Below the pieces are notes generated by a model. It was not told the DNA's origin, did no database searches, and saw only the letters and a program-made list of their open reading frames with translations. A stretch of DNA of 64,000 nt, taken from Enterobacteria phage GEC-3S. The DNA lies in sequence record HE978309; one strand, given 5' to 3'. The stretch's first letter is position 1; the number at the start of each line of letters is the position of its first letter. The position numbers and the translations under genes were made by a program. Positions 25,311-32,948 of the stretch are shown here, piece by piece.

Positions 25311-25516
25311 GTCACCGTTTTGTAAAGAAACACAATAAAATCCAAGACAAGAAAGACAGTGTAAATGATCATCGTCAAGACAGTAAACATTGTCAAATTT
25401 TCATCGTTAGTTAATTCATAGTCGCCCATCCATACAATCACAAGATATAGCATTGAAAGAATGGAAGCACCTACGAAGTTAAAAAACATATTCTTGAGCG
25501 TCATATTAACAACCAT
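25307..25516 (-). CDS. small membrane protein
   Basis: track ORF; hydrophobic. Confidence 0.5.
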   Translation of the reverse strand: MVVNMTLKNMFFNFVGASILSMLYLVIVWMGDYELTNDENLTMFTVLTMIIYTVFLVLDFIVFLYKTVT

Positions 25517-25688
25517 CGCGGCTTAAGTCAACAGCAATTGCATACAGCATAATGAATATGCTAGCAGATCCAAGAATCAATACACCCTCACATTTTGAAA
25601 CTCGCTCATCAAAATGTAACATTATCCATCCGAGGATGTTAAAGGCGCAGACCGCGCCTATGTTCGCTAACCAATTAATCTTTTTCAT
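25506..25688 (-). CDS. small membrane protein
   Basis: track ORF; hydrophobic. Confidence 0.5.
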   Translation of the reverse strand: MKKINWLANIGAVCAFNILGWIMLHFDERVSKCEGVLILGSASIFIMLYAIAVDLSRDGC

Positions 25689-25696
25689 AATATACC

Positions 25697-26023
25697 TTAG
25701 AAAGAAACAGTTTTCAAGAAATCCAGATTTTCAGTACCGAAAACAGAAAAGTAGTGTTTTCCTTTTTCGGTTTTAGAGAAAGCGATTGTCTTCTCTACAT
25801 GGTGACGGAAGCCCGACAGACGATCACCCAGGTCAAGGCGGCAAGCGTAAGTAGTGCCGTTTTCGAAAGTAACCTCGATTTGAGTTTTGTCATATTCGCT
25901 TTCATAGGCTTTTGCTGCCGCGTCCTGTGCTTTACGCTCGAAGTCTTCGAAGTGGAATACTTCGTTTGCGTTAGCGAATACAGAAGATTCAGAGAAGATA
26001 ACTTTAACAGATACTGGTTTCAT
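25697..26023 (-). CDS. hypothetical protein
   Basis: track ORF; promoter upstream. Confidence 0.6.
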   Translation of the reverse strand: MKPVSVKVIFSESSVFANANEVFHFEDFERKAQDAAAKAYESEYDKTQIEVTFENGTTYACRLDLGDRLSGFRHHVEKTIAFSKTEKGKHYFSVFGTENLDFLKTVSF

Positions 26024-26065
26024 TTTGATACTCCTTAGTAGTTCGTGTTTCGTTTCGATGGGTGT

Positions 26066-26094
26066 ATTATGCTATACACCCTCTCGCGTGTCAA
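26066..26094 (-). promoter_or_regulatory. sigma70-type early promoter (TTGACA, 17 bp, CATAAT)
   Basis: read directly; conserved leader ACACCCATCGAAACGAAACAC. Confidence 0.55.
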
Positions 26095-26102
26095 CAACTT
26101 TT

Positions 26103-26291
26103 TTAGTCTTTTTTCATAATTTCTAGAGCAGTTTCTACAGCACCTTTCCAACCCTCCCACATAATGGACATAGTAATGAAGTTAAAGCACCCGCAGGAAT
26201 CAACCTTTTTAGAGATAAACCATTCTACAAACGCTTCGCTCATACCATGCTCTTTAGCGGATTCGCGTAATTGTTCAATTTGGTCTTCCAT
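26103..26291 (-). CDS. hypothetical protein
   Basis: track ORF. Confidence 0.55.
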   Translation of the reverse strand: MEDQIEQLRESAKEHGMSEAFVEWFISKKVDSCGCFNFITMSIMWEGWKGAVETALEIMKKD

Positions 26292-26300
26292 AGTATCACC

Positions 26301-26501
26301 TCAACACTTAACGTTATTCAAACGATTTTGAAAGTACATATAGCAAGCATAATTTTGTTTTGGCTGTACCGTATCAGATAAGCACGCTTTTACAGCCTCG
26401 CGGTCCGATGGATCTACGCCCTCAGCGTTAAGCAATGCTAAGATCTGATAATAGCGTACTCTCAGTTGCGTTAATGGTTTCTCTCCCATAAAACCCTCCA
26501 A
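26301..26501 (-). CDS. hypothetical protein
   Basis: track ORF. Confidence 0.55.
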   Translation of the reverse strand: MEGFMGEKPLTQLRVRYYQILALLNAEGVDPSDREAVKACLSDTVQPKQNYACYMYFQNRLNNVKC

Positions 26502-26729
26502 TTAAAGTTGTTCTGCAATGTATGCGGTGCATTTACGGAGTTTAGCCATCGCACCACCTTTCATGTCGCTTGCACCTACAAGGTTCATGATCTCTAAGCG
26601 GTCAGTCGGATTCAGTCTAGTAGCCCAGATCTGGTTAGCCAGTTCCATTTTACCCATCTGCGGTTCCATCTCAAACAGTTCGCGCTCAAAGTCGATAATT
26701 TCTTTTGCTGCGTCTTTAAAGTTAATCAT
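26502..26729 (-). CDS. hypothetical protein
   Basis: track ORF; GGAGAATCAAAATG leader. Confidence 0.55.
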   Translation of the reverse strand: MINFKDAAKEIIDFERELFEMEPQMGKMELANQIWATRLNPTDRLEIMNLVGASDMKGGAMAKLRKCTAYIAEQL

Positions 26730-26758
26730 TTTGATTCTCCCGTTTCGTTGATGGTTGT

Positions 26759-26787
26759 ATTGTAGGGGAGTTATCCTCCCCTGTCAA
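26759..26787 (-). promoter_or_regulatory. sigma70-type early promoter (TTGACA, 17 bp, TACAAT) with GGGGAG/CTCCCC inverted repeat in the spacer
   Basis: read directly. Confidence 0.5.
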
Positions 26788-26795
26788 CACTTTTA

Positions 26796-26981
26796 TCAGA
26801 AATATGCAATATAGTTTGCCAGTCCTACAGAGTCATCATTCGGCATTGCTTTTACTGCCAGTTCAAACCCTGCTTCAACTTTCTGTTTAGCGGATTCTTC
26901 GTTATAACCCCAGATTACCAGAATAGCTACTACGTTTTCTTTGCTTACTGCTTTCAGTGCTTTAGTGATGCGACGTGCCAT
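26796..26981 (-). CDS. hypothetical protein
   Basis: track ORF; GGAGAATCAAATT before ATG. Confidence 0.55.
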   Translation of the reverse strand: MARRITKALKAVSKENVVAILVIWGYNEESAKQKVEAGFELAVKAMPNDDSVGLANYIAYF

Positions 26982-27027
26982 AATTTGATTCTCCGTTTAA
27001 GAAAGTGTGTTTCGTTTCGATGGGTGT

Positions 27028-27056
27028 ATTATGCTATAGGCCGGATCTGGTGTCAA
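27028..27056 (-). promoter_or_regulatory. sigma70-type early promoter (TTGACA, 17 bp, CATAAT) with A/T-rich upstream element
   Basis: read directly. Confidence 0.55.
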
Positions 27057-27080
27057 CAACTTTTTTAAAAAATTTTAGGC

Positions 27081-27110
27081 AATAAAAAAGCCACTCCGAA
27101 GAGTGGCTTA
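27081..27110 (-). terminator. rho-independent terminator
   Basis: AGCCACTC-ttcg-GAGTGGCT hairpin followed by TTTTTTATT on the minus strand. Confidence 0.65.
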
Positions 27111-27258
27111 TAGGGAAGGTAGCGAATCTTCCTTGTCTCCAACCTGCTAGCGGCCTAGCAAGTGAATGCTTTAGCGTACCGGATCGCCCACATACGCTGT
27201 AATAAATGCGGCTAGGTGACGTCCAAATCATTCTAACCGCGCTGTCTTTAGTTCACTA
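27111..27258. other. about 150-bp non-coding interval between a gene end and its terminator; candidate small RNA or structured 3' UTR
   Basis: the only track ORF here (27034-27231) spans the terminator and looks spurious; local stems GGAAG...CTTCC and GCGGCTAG...CTAACCGC. Confidence 0.3.
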
Positions 27259-27477
27259 TTATTTATATCGCTTTCTCTCGCGACGTTTTTGATCTTCTTC
27301 CTTGATAGAGTTAAATGCATCAAAAAGACACATGACACTGATAATGAACATAACCGTATTTTCTACGATATCCCACGGCTTCGCATCAGTACAGATCCCC
27401 CAAACGGTAAGAAATGCAAATAAGGCAGAAGAGATCACAAGCATGATACTTGCTAAGATATAAAAAGTCATTTTCAT
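27259..27477 (-). CDS. small membrane protein
   Basis: track ORF; hydrophobic. Confidence 0.5.
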   Translation of the reverse strand: MKMTFYILASIMLVISSALFAFLTVWGICTDAKPWDIVENTVMFIISVMCLFDAFNSIKEEDQKRRERKRYK

Positions 27478-27668
27478 GGTTTTACCTCAATTCTTCGATA
27501 TTCATCACACATCCACGCAGTAAGCAAGAATCCCAACACATAAGCAACAAAATACGTTAATGCTTCTTCTGGTTCGGTGCTATGCGCCATCATCAGACCA
27601 GCGAGAAAGGTCTTAACAATTACATTTAAAATAATTAGCCACGCAAATAATTTCATCGTTTGCCCCAT
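27474..27668 (-). CDS. small membrane protein
   Basis: track ORF; hydrophobic. Confidence 0.5.
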   Translation of the reverse strand: MGQTMKLFAWLIILNVIVKTFLAGLMMAHSTEPEEALTYFVAYVLGFLLTAWMCDEYRRIEVKP

Positions 27669-27892
27669 TTCGGACGAGTCTTTTCAAACTTATACATTAC
27701 GCAACAATCTCGAATCATCCACGTAACAAGAGCACCAGTCAACACAGACAACACACAGAAGAAGTAAAACGGTCCGGTTGCATTATCAACATGAGCAAGC
27801 CATGTAAAGAAAACACATGCAAGGAATGTAAAGAACATCATAAAACACAAGAAAGCAAAATATTTTATGCTACTCATAGCGCCACCATACAA
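27653..27892 (-). CDS. small membrane protein
   Basis: track ORF; hydrophobic. Confidence 0.5.
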   Translation of the reverse strand: MYGGAMSSIKYFAFLCFMMFFTFLACVFFTWLAHVDNATGPFYFFCVLSVLTGALVTWMIRDCCVMYKFEKTRPKWGKR

Positions 27893-27980
27893 CAGATCAT
27901 AAGAAAACCCAACGCAATAAGAATTGCATCAAATTTAGTGAACTCCGGTCCACCTATCAACATCATTCGTTCCTGTTCAG

Positions 27981-28223
27981 TCATAGATCACAGAGCCATC
28001 TTAAAGCACCACATAAAGCGAGCAGAATACTAGGTATAAACGAGATCAAAACAAGTTGGCAAAAATCATCTAAGGTAACACCGGAATAGCTACCTACTGT
28101 AACAACACCGATCATCAGACACAGAAAGAAAACAAATGCAACCAGAAACAAAGTATTGCTAAACAGTTTAGTGATCATTAGACACCCCACGACGATCAAT
28201 TTCAAAAACTTTTTTATCATCAA
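27981..28223 (-). CDS. small membrane protein
   Basis: track ORF; hydrophobic. Confidence 0.5.
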   Translation of the reverse strand: MMIKKFLKLIVVGCLMITKLFSNTLFLVAFVFFLCLMIGVVTVGSYSGVTLDDFCQLVLISFIPSILLALCGALRWLCDL

Positions 28224-28371
28224 CGAAGCATGTCACAACTGCCTCGTTGACTTCCGCAAATTGTTGTGTTACCCACTTAAGGTCAGAGCGAAACAATGTT
28301 CTATTAATAACAAATGCTTTACCGATCTTATCCTTACCCATAAATTTTGCTTTAACCATATCCAATTCCAT
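28168..28371 (-). CDS. hypothetical protein
   Basis: track ORF. Confidence 0.45.
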   Translation of the reverse strand: MELDMVKAKFMGKDKIGKAFVINRTLFRSDLKWVTQQFAEVNEAVVTCFVDDKKVFEIDRRGVSNDH

Positions 28372-28380
28372 ATTATCACC

Positions 28381-28539
28381 TTATTTGCTAATCGCTAAAC
28401 CCAATCCGAAGAGAGCACCCGATGCTACAGTATACCCGAAAGTTTCAAATGCAGTAAAGATATCTAAGCCACCAGCTAACAGAGTTGCAGTAAACAGAGT
28501 ACCAGCTACGAACATAAAAGTTTTACCGATAAATTTCAT
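28381..28539 (-). CDS. small membrane protein (about 52 aa)
   Basis: GGAGAATCAAAATG leader directly downstream of promoter 28571-28599; hydrophobic; below the ORF-track cutoff. Confidence 0.45.
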   Translation of the reverse strand: MKFIGKTFMFVAGTLFTATLLAGGLDIFTAFETFGYTVASGALFGLGLAISK

Positions 28540-28570
28540 TTTGATTCTCCTTTCGTTTGTTTGTGGGGGT

Positions 28571-28599
28571 ATCTTACTACCCCCGTTTCATGTTGTCAA
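28571..28599 (-). promoter_or_regulatory. sigma70-type early promoter (TTGACA, 17 bp, TAAGAT) with GGGGGTAG/ACCCCC inverted repeat around the -10
   Basis: read directly; near-copy of the promoter at 5830-5858. Confidence 0.55.
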
Positions 28600-28605
28600 C
28601 TATTT

Positions 28606-28980
28606 TTAAGAATATTTTACTTCGTCTACAATGTCTTTCATGACATTGATTTCCATTCCGGTCAGAACACGTTGGAACATGTGCTGCACATACGCTTTCA
28701 GGTATTCATTTGATGGCTTGCTATCGAAAGTCTTTTTAGTGTAGTAGTCATCACCGAAAGCTACTGTAATTATATTTTCGTCGTCGTTCCAAGCGATATA
28801 AGCAAATTTGCCGTTATCCCAGAAGCGAGCACTAATTGCTACTTTTGTTGAATCGAATCCTACTTCGCTGTGAGATTCAAGAACTACTTGCGTGCCAGTT
28901 TCTTTATGAATGTAGTAGCGGGATACTAAGTCAAAGTTACGGGTGTAGTGACATTCGAATTTATCTTTAAACATCATCAT
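28606..28980 (-). CDS. hypothetical protein
   Basis: track ORF runs upstream through the promoter with a GTG start; start moved to the ATG behind AGGAGAATCAAA. Confidence 0.55.
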   Translation of the reverse strand: MMMFKDKFECHYTRNFDLVSRYYIHKETGTQVVLESHSEVGFDSTKVAISARFWDNGKFAYIAWNDDENIITVAFGDDYYTKKTFDSKPSNEYLKAYVQHMFQRVLTGMEINVMKDIVDEVKYS

Positions 28981-29017
28981 TTTGATTCTCCTAAGTGTGT
29001 TTCGTTTCGATATGTGC

Positions 29018-29046
29018 ATTATTCTATAGTCGTTTATGGTTGTCAA
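29018..29046 (-). promoter_or_regulatory. sigma70-type early promoter (TTGACA, 17 bp, AATAAT)
   Basis: read directly; weaker -10. Confidence 0.45.
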
Positions 29047-29051
29047 CACCT

Positions 29052-29082
29052 AAAAACAAAAAACCCCGAAAAATTTTCGGGG
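29052..29082 (-). terminator. rho-independent terminator after the 57B-like gene
   Basis: perfect CCCCGAAAA-a-TTTTCGGGG hairpin followed by a T-tract on the minus strand. Confidence 0.7.
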
Positions 29083-29089
29083 TATAAAA

Positions 29090-29554
29090 TTACAGTTTGG
29101 TCGTCCACTCCAGGTCTAGATCTTCGACATACTCATGAGATCGGACAATCTCTAAATCGAACTCTAGGTCAGTGCCAAATTTACGCGCACCAACATCATA
29201 AGAAAGCGTGATATGCGGTACATATTCAGGATAATCCCACGTCGCACCTAAAGCAGTTCCGATATCGTGTCTGAATTGCATGTAGTCGCTTTCAAATGCC
29301 AACACAAGCGCATTAGTACCGGATTGAGTTTCAAACACTTTCAGATGACACAGAGAGCCTAAAAACTTTTCACCCTCTTCCGGGATAAACGGAACATAGA
29401 CACGAGAATATAAGATAGTGCTATGCAGTTTATCACGAGGAACAGCATTAGGCAGATCGTAGAACTCCTGCAATTTTTCAATGCGGTCTAGTGTATCCTC
29501 AGTGAATTTAACCGCAGCATATGTACCTTTAACGGATTCTCGAAACGGGGTCAT
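29090..29554 (-). CDS. 57B: 2H-phosphoesterase-fold protein at the T4 57B position (Acb1-like anti-CBASS candidate)
   Basis: two H-x-T motifs (HSTI, HITL) about 75 aa apart; immediately upstream of 57A and gene 1; start moved to the ATG behind ACGGAGG. Confidence 0.6.
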   Translation of the reverse strand: MTPFRESVKGTYAAVKFTEDTLDRIEKLQEFYDLPNAVPRDKLHSTILYSRVYVPFIPEEGEKFLGSLCHLKVFETQSGTNALVLAFESDYMQFRHDIGTALGATWDYPEYVPHITLSYDVGARKFGTDLEFDLEIVRSHEYVEDLDLEWTTKL

Positions 29555-29556
29555 AA

Positions 29557-29817
29557 TCAAGCCTCCGTGATCAGTTCTACTTCCTCTTTAGCGTCTTCCG
29601 CTGCTTCGTCTTTAGGGAGAAGTGCTTTCACTTCTTCGACAATAGCATCAAGGGAAACAGTGCCGTTTTCGTCTGGCTGAATACCCAGAATGCGTACCAG
29701 TTCCATCAATACACGCTCACGATCTTTCAGTTGGCCTTCTAAGAATGCGGCCTTTTCTTGAGTGTCAAACAGACGTACTTTCAGGACATTAATCATTTGT
29801 TCATGCTGATTGGACAT
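29557..29817 (-). CDS. 57A: gp57A-like tail-fibre assembly chaperone (coiled coil)
   Basis: about 86 aa coiled-coil protein between 57B and gene 1; start moved to the ATG behind AGGAG. Confidence 0.6.
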   Translation of the reverse strand: MSNQHEQMINVLKVRLFDTQEKAAFLEGQLKDRERVLMELVRILGIQPDENGTVSLDAIVEEVKALLPKDEAAEDAKEEVELITEA

Positions 29818-29849
29818 ATTCACATCTCCTACTTGTTGATAACTTTTTA

Positions 29850-30506
29850 TTAAATGTTCGCGAGAATCGCGCTTTCAAATTCTTCTAATGTGCCATTATT
29901 TATAATGATGGTTTCACCGTCAATAGGCAAAATTCCTTTTTCGGTGGAGTGAGTCGATACAATACCAGTATCACGCTGAATATGCAACACCTTAGCACCC
30001 ATAGCACGCATGAGAGCAATTTCAATAGGCTGACGCACATCAACCACTACAAAATACCCTTCTTCATTTTTGCGCTTCATAAACTCATCCACAAATAGAT
30101 TACACCAATAAAGCGGATTGATCAAGTTAACCATTATATCAGTACCGAGAGTGGTTAACATGAGACGAATAGACCAGACGTTATTATGTTTTTCGCCGAT
30201 CTCATTAACGACCTTGTAAATCTCAGCCAGACGATCACAAGTAAAGGAGCTACCGCCATACTTCGAATCTAGCATAAGCAGACACTGAATAAACCACTTA
30301 TGCGCGGTGTAGGTATCAATACCTAGATCGGCTTCTCTGTCACGCCCTAACCCGTCAAAGTCAAGATAAGTCAGACCTAAGTCTGGTTGACATTCGCATA
30401 AGATTTCTTTGATCGGCGCTGCCAGTTGATAACTGTGTCCATCAATGATTAACGCGGCAGTGTCTTTTCCTACTCGCTTTTTACCACAAAGTGCAATCAA
30501 TTTCAT
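29850..30506 (-). CDS. 1: deoxynucleoside monophosphate kinase (gp1)
   Basis: P-loop CGKKRVGKDT; N-terminus MKLIALCG and TLGTD, RQ..E motifs as in T4 gp1; AGAGG before ATG. Confidence 0.85.
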   Translation of the reverse strand: MKLIALCGKKRVGKDTAALIIDGHSYQLAAPIKEILCECQPDLGLTYLDFDGLGRDREADLGIDTYTAHKWFIQCLLMLDSKYGGSSFTCDRLAEIYKVVNEIGEKHNNVWSIRLMLTTLGTDIMVNLINPLYWCNLFVDEFMKRKNEEGYFVVVDVRQPIEIALMRAMGAKVLHIQRDTGIVSTHSTEKGILPIDGETIIINNGTLEEFESAILANI

Positions 30507-30521
30507 TATATAAGCCTCTTA

Positions 30522-31112
30522 TTACTTTCTAAAAGCAGGGTGCATAGCTTTAATACCTTCCACCCGCTGACGATCCGCCGCCTGAATTGCTGGGCGAGGA
30601 ACGATCAGTTGGCCATCACGTTCAATGCTCATTGTTTTAAATGGAAGAATTGCAGTACACACCAGAGATTCATGCATATCATCGGTGTATGTTAACTCAA
30701 GTTCCCCCAATTGTGAACACCAACAACCATAAAAGTTAAAGGTGCAAACAATGTTACGGCGTTCATTGTCCATCATGTGAACTTGAACGGCTTCCGGCAT
30801 TGAATCCTTCCACGCTGTGGAGTTACCGTTATTGTAGTCTACTATAGAAAGCATCCATGTGTAAAGGTTTAGATAACTTTCCAAATGCTCATCGACAATA
30901 AACCGGACTACCAACGGGTCAAACTCCACATGACTAGAAGGATAATCAGCAACCGCCAAACCATATTGGCCAGCAACTTGCTTAGTCGGTGGAATGGTTA
31001 TAGCAGGAAGTGTAACACCTTGAGCATTTAAAGTAAAGCCTTTTGTTAGTTGTCCATCTGGAATATTGATCTGCCAGTTGCTAGGGTTAGCATAGTTAAA
31101 GAGATTAGACAT
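30522..31112 (-). CDS. 3: tail completion / sheath stabiliser protein gp3
   Basis: position between genes 1 and 2; about 196 aa; late-promoter-like AATAAATA about 22 bp upstream. Confidence 0.65.
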   Translation of the reverse strand: MSNLFNYANPSNWQINIPDGQLTKGFTLNAQGVTLPAITIPPTKQVAGQYGLAVADYPSSHVEFDPLVVRFIVDEHLESYLNLYTWMLSIVDYNNGNSTAWKDSMPEAVQVHMMDNERRNIVCTFNFYGCWCSQLGELELTYTDDMHESLVCTAILPFKTMSIERDGQLIVPRPAIQAADRQRVEGIKAMHPAFRK

Positions 31113-31301
31113 TACTGATTCCTCAAATGAAAATATTTATTAACAATTGTCGCTTTGCGACGTGCCGTAGGCACTGACTACTTTTTAACCGAAACAAATT
31201 TTTATTATTCTAAAGATCTTTCTTCGTTTTGGTTATGTTTTAACCAATAACTATATTTTTATACAGTAATAAATAAAACGGGTACTATACGAGGACTTCT
31301 T

Positions 31302-31556
31302 ATGACAGAAGACATTTTGTTAAAACTCTATGATCGTTTGGATAACGAATTAGCAACATTGCGGGGTGAAGTTCTCTATTTGTCTAAATGCAATACAGAT
31401 CTGCTTAAGCAGATTGCAGAAAGGGATGATCAAATAAAATCCCTTTCAGGTGCATTACGTGATCGCGACAAGGCATTAGAGATTTTACAGCGTGTTACCA
31501 ATAAGGAAGAATTAAAAGACTTCTTACATGGTTATGCTCATGCCATCGATCTATAA
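31302..31556 (+). CDS. small coiled-coil protein on the opposite strand between genes 3 and 2
   Basis: track ORF; GAGGA 7 nt before ATG; AATAAATA late-promoter-like box at 31268-31275. Confidence 0.4.
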   Translation: MTEDILLKLYDRLDNELATLRGEVLYLSKCNTDLLKQIAERDDQIKSLSGALRDRDKALEILQRVTNKEELKDFLHGYAHAIDL

Positions 31557-31582
31557 TAAAAAAGCCCGTCATTGACGGGCTT
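31557..31582 (-). terminator. hairpin terminator after gene 2 (may also stop the plus-strand small ORF)
   Basis: AGCCCGTC-att-GACGGGCT hairpin flanked by A6 and a T-rich stretch. Confidence 0.55.
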
Positions 31583-31586
31583 AATC

Positions 31587-32408
31587 TTATGCATCCTTCC
31601 AAACTTTCCTTGCGTCGTATTTCTTGCCTTTTGACATAAACTGATATGTAGGCATATAGATAATATTGCTCCAGTCTTTCGGGCTAATCTCAACAAGTTT
31701 TGTTTTAATGTGTCCCGGTAGATATGCTTTGATCATGTGGTCACTACCACGCATACCTTTTACATCGCTCCATTTGATTTTTAAGCGTGTTTTATTGCTC
31801 AAGGTAGGAGTAGATGCATATTGCTTTAAAAGTGCCTCTAAAAACTGCTGACGGGCTTTAGGAGTTACATAGTGTAAGTTAAGACCCAACATTACAGTAT
31901 TACCCGCCTTTGTCTTAGAATCACCCAGACAAATGATCAGCGGGAAAACATCCCAATATGGCAAAGTGTCTTTATACTTCGCATCATACATAAAGGTATA
32001 GATTCGCCCTACTTGCGGTTTTACAATCTGGTGTCCCTTTATTCCCGCTTTTATTGTTTTAGTAAACCACTCCTGTGATTTTTCTTTAGGACGACTCTTT
32101 GATACAGCACGCATAGACGCACGAAAATCATTAATCATCATCATTGCGCGTTGCTGCTTATTGAGACCCTTTGCGCCTTTCCCTTTTAGTTTTTCAACTT
32201 CTATTGCTGTTTTAATTTCGCTGGCATAACGAGACATACTTTTAGTGAAAGTCGCATAGGCTATTCCCTTAGAATCTGCAAATGCTTTAGCTGTCATTCC
32301 TTTGGCTTTTGCTTTCGCAAATTCTACACCCAATTCGACCCACTGTTTAGACTTTCGTTTTTGGGGAGACGGCTTTTCGTCTTCGGTGATTATTTCAAAT
32401 ACGCTCAT
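31587..32408 (-). CDS. 2: DNA end protector protein gp2
   Basis: position between genes 3 and 4; 273 aa; AGAGGATAATATTATG leader. Confidence 0.75.
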   Translation of the reverse strand: MSVFEIITEDEKPSPQKRKSKQWVELGVEFAKAKAKGMTAKAFADSKGIAYATFTKSMSRYASEIKTAIEVEKLKGKGAKGLNKQQRAMMMINDFRASMRAVSKSRPKEKSQEWFTKTIKAGIKGHQIVKPQVGRIYTFMYDAKYKDTLPYWDVFPLIICLGDSKTKAGNTVMLGLNLHYVTPKARQQFLEALLKQYASTPTLSNKTRLKIKWSDVKGMRGSDHMIKAYLPGHIKTKLVEISPKDWSNIIYMPTYQFMSKGKKYDARKVWKDA

Positions 32409-32419
32409 AATATTATCCT

Positions 32420-32893
32420 CTATTTGTTAAGCCCTTTAAAACCGAACACTTTCTTTAATGCATGTTCGGTTATGATCTTAAACTCCATGTTATGCTTTTG
32501 GCATAATTTCACGGCAGCTAACCATTTTTCAGTATTTTTTGTGTATGTCCATACTTCATGCATATATCGTTGCTTTGTCTTCGCGGTCATTCTTTTTGGC
32601 TTTTCCGGTGGCCTTGTCTCTTTAGCTGGTTTAACTTCCCATAAATGCTCCTTGCCATCATCAAACTTAACGTAAAAATCCATAAAGTATCTGTGTCTTT
32701 TTCCGTCTGTTGATGACTCATAAGGAATTACTACGGTCTCAGATCCCCATTTTGCAACTCTAGGATTGCGGTCTAGCCACTGCATGATCCATCTTTCCCA
32801 GCTTGAACGGTATGTGATCTTACGTATATCCCCTTTATACTTTTCCTTATTCTCAGGAACATACTTGCCCTTATAAGTGTTAGATCCTCCCAT
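32420..32893 (-). CDS. 4: head completion protein gp4
   Basis: position; 157 aa; leader AGGGTGCTAAAATG identical to the gene 53 leader. Confidence 0.75.
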   Translation of the reverse strand: MGGSNTYKGKYVPENKEKYKGDIRKITYRSSWERWIMQWLDRNPRVAKWGSETVVIPYESSTDGKRHRYFMDFYVKFDDGKEHLWEVKPAKETRPPEKPKRMTAKTKQRYMHEVWTYTKNTEKWLAAVKLCQKHNMEFKIITEHALKKVFGFKGLNK

Positions 32894-32908
32894 TTTAGCA
32901 CCCTTTAT

Positions 32909-32916
32909 TATAAATA
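32909..32916 (+). promoter_or_regulatory. T4-type late promoter TATAAATA for gene 53
   Basis: exact TATAAATA 33 bp upstream of the ATG; a 7/8 match (GATAAATA) on the minus strand at 32925-32932 faces gene 4. Confidence 0.65.
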
Positions 32917-32948
32917 CATAATACTATTTATCAATTGAGGGTGCTAAA

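Noticed and set aside
27034-27231. 65-aa minus-strand track ORF
   Set aside because: It spans the terminator hairpin and part of a promoter; reinterpreted as non-coding.
23499-28540. tRNA gene cluster at the T4-syntenic position
   Set aside because: Scanning by eye for T-loop (GTTCRANTC) and cloverleaf features on both strands found no convincing tRNA; needs tRNAscan-SE to be certain.
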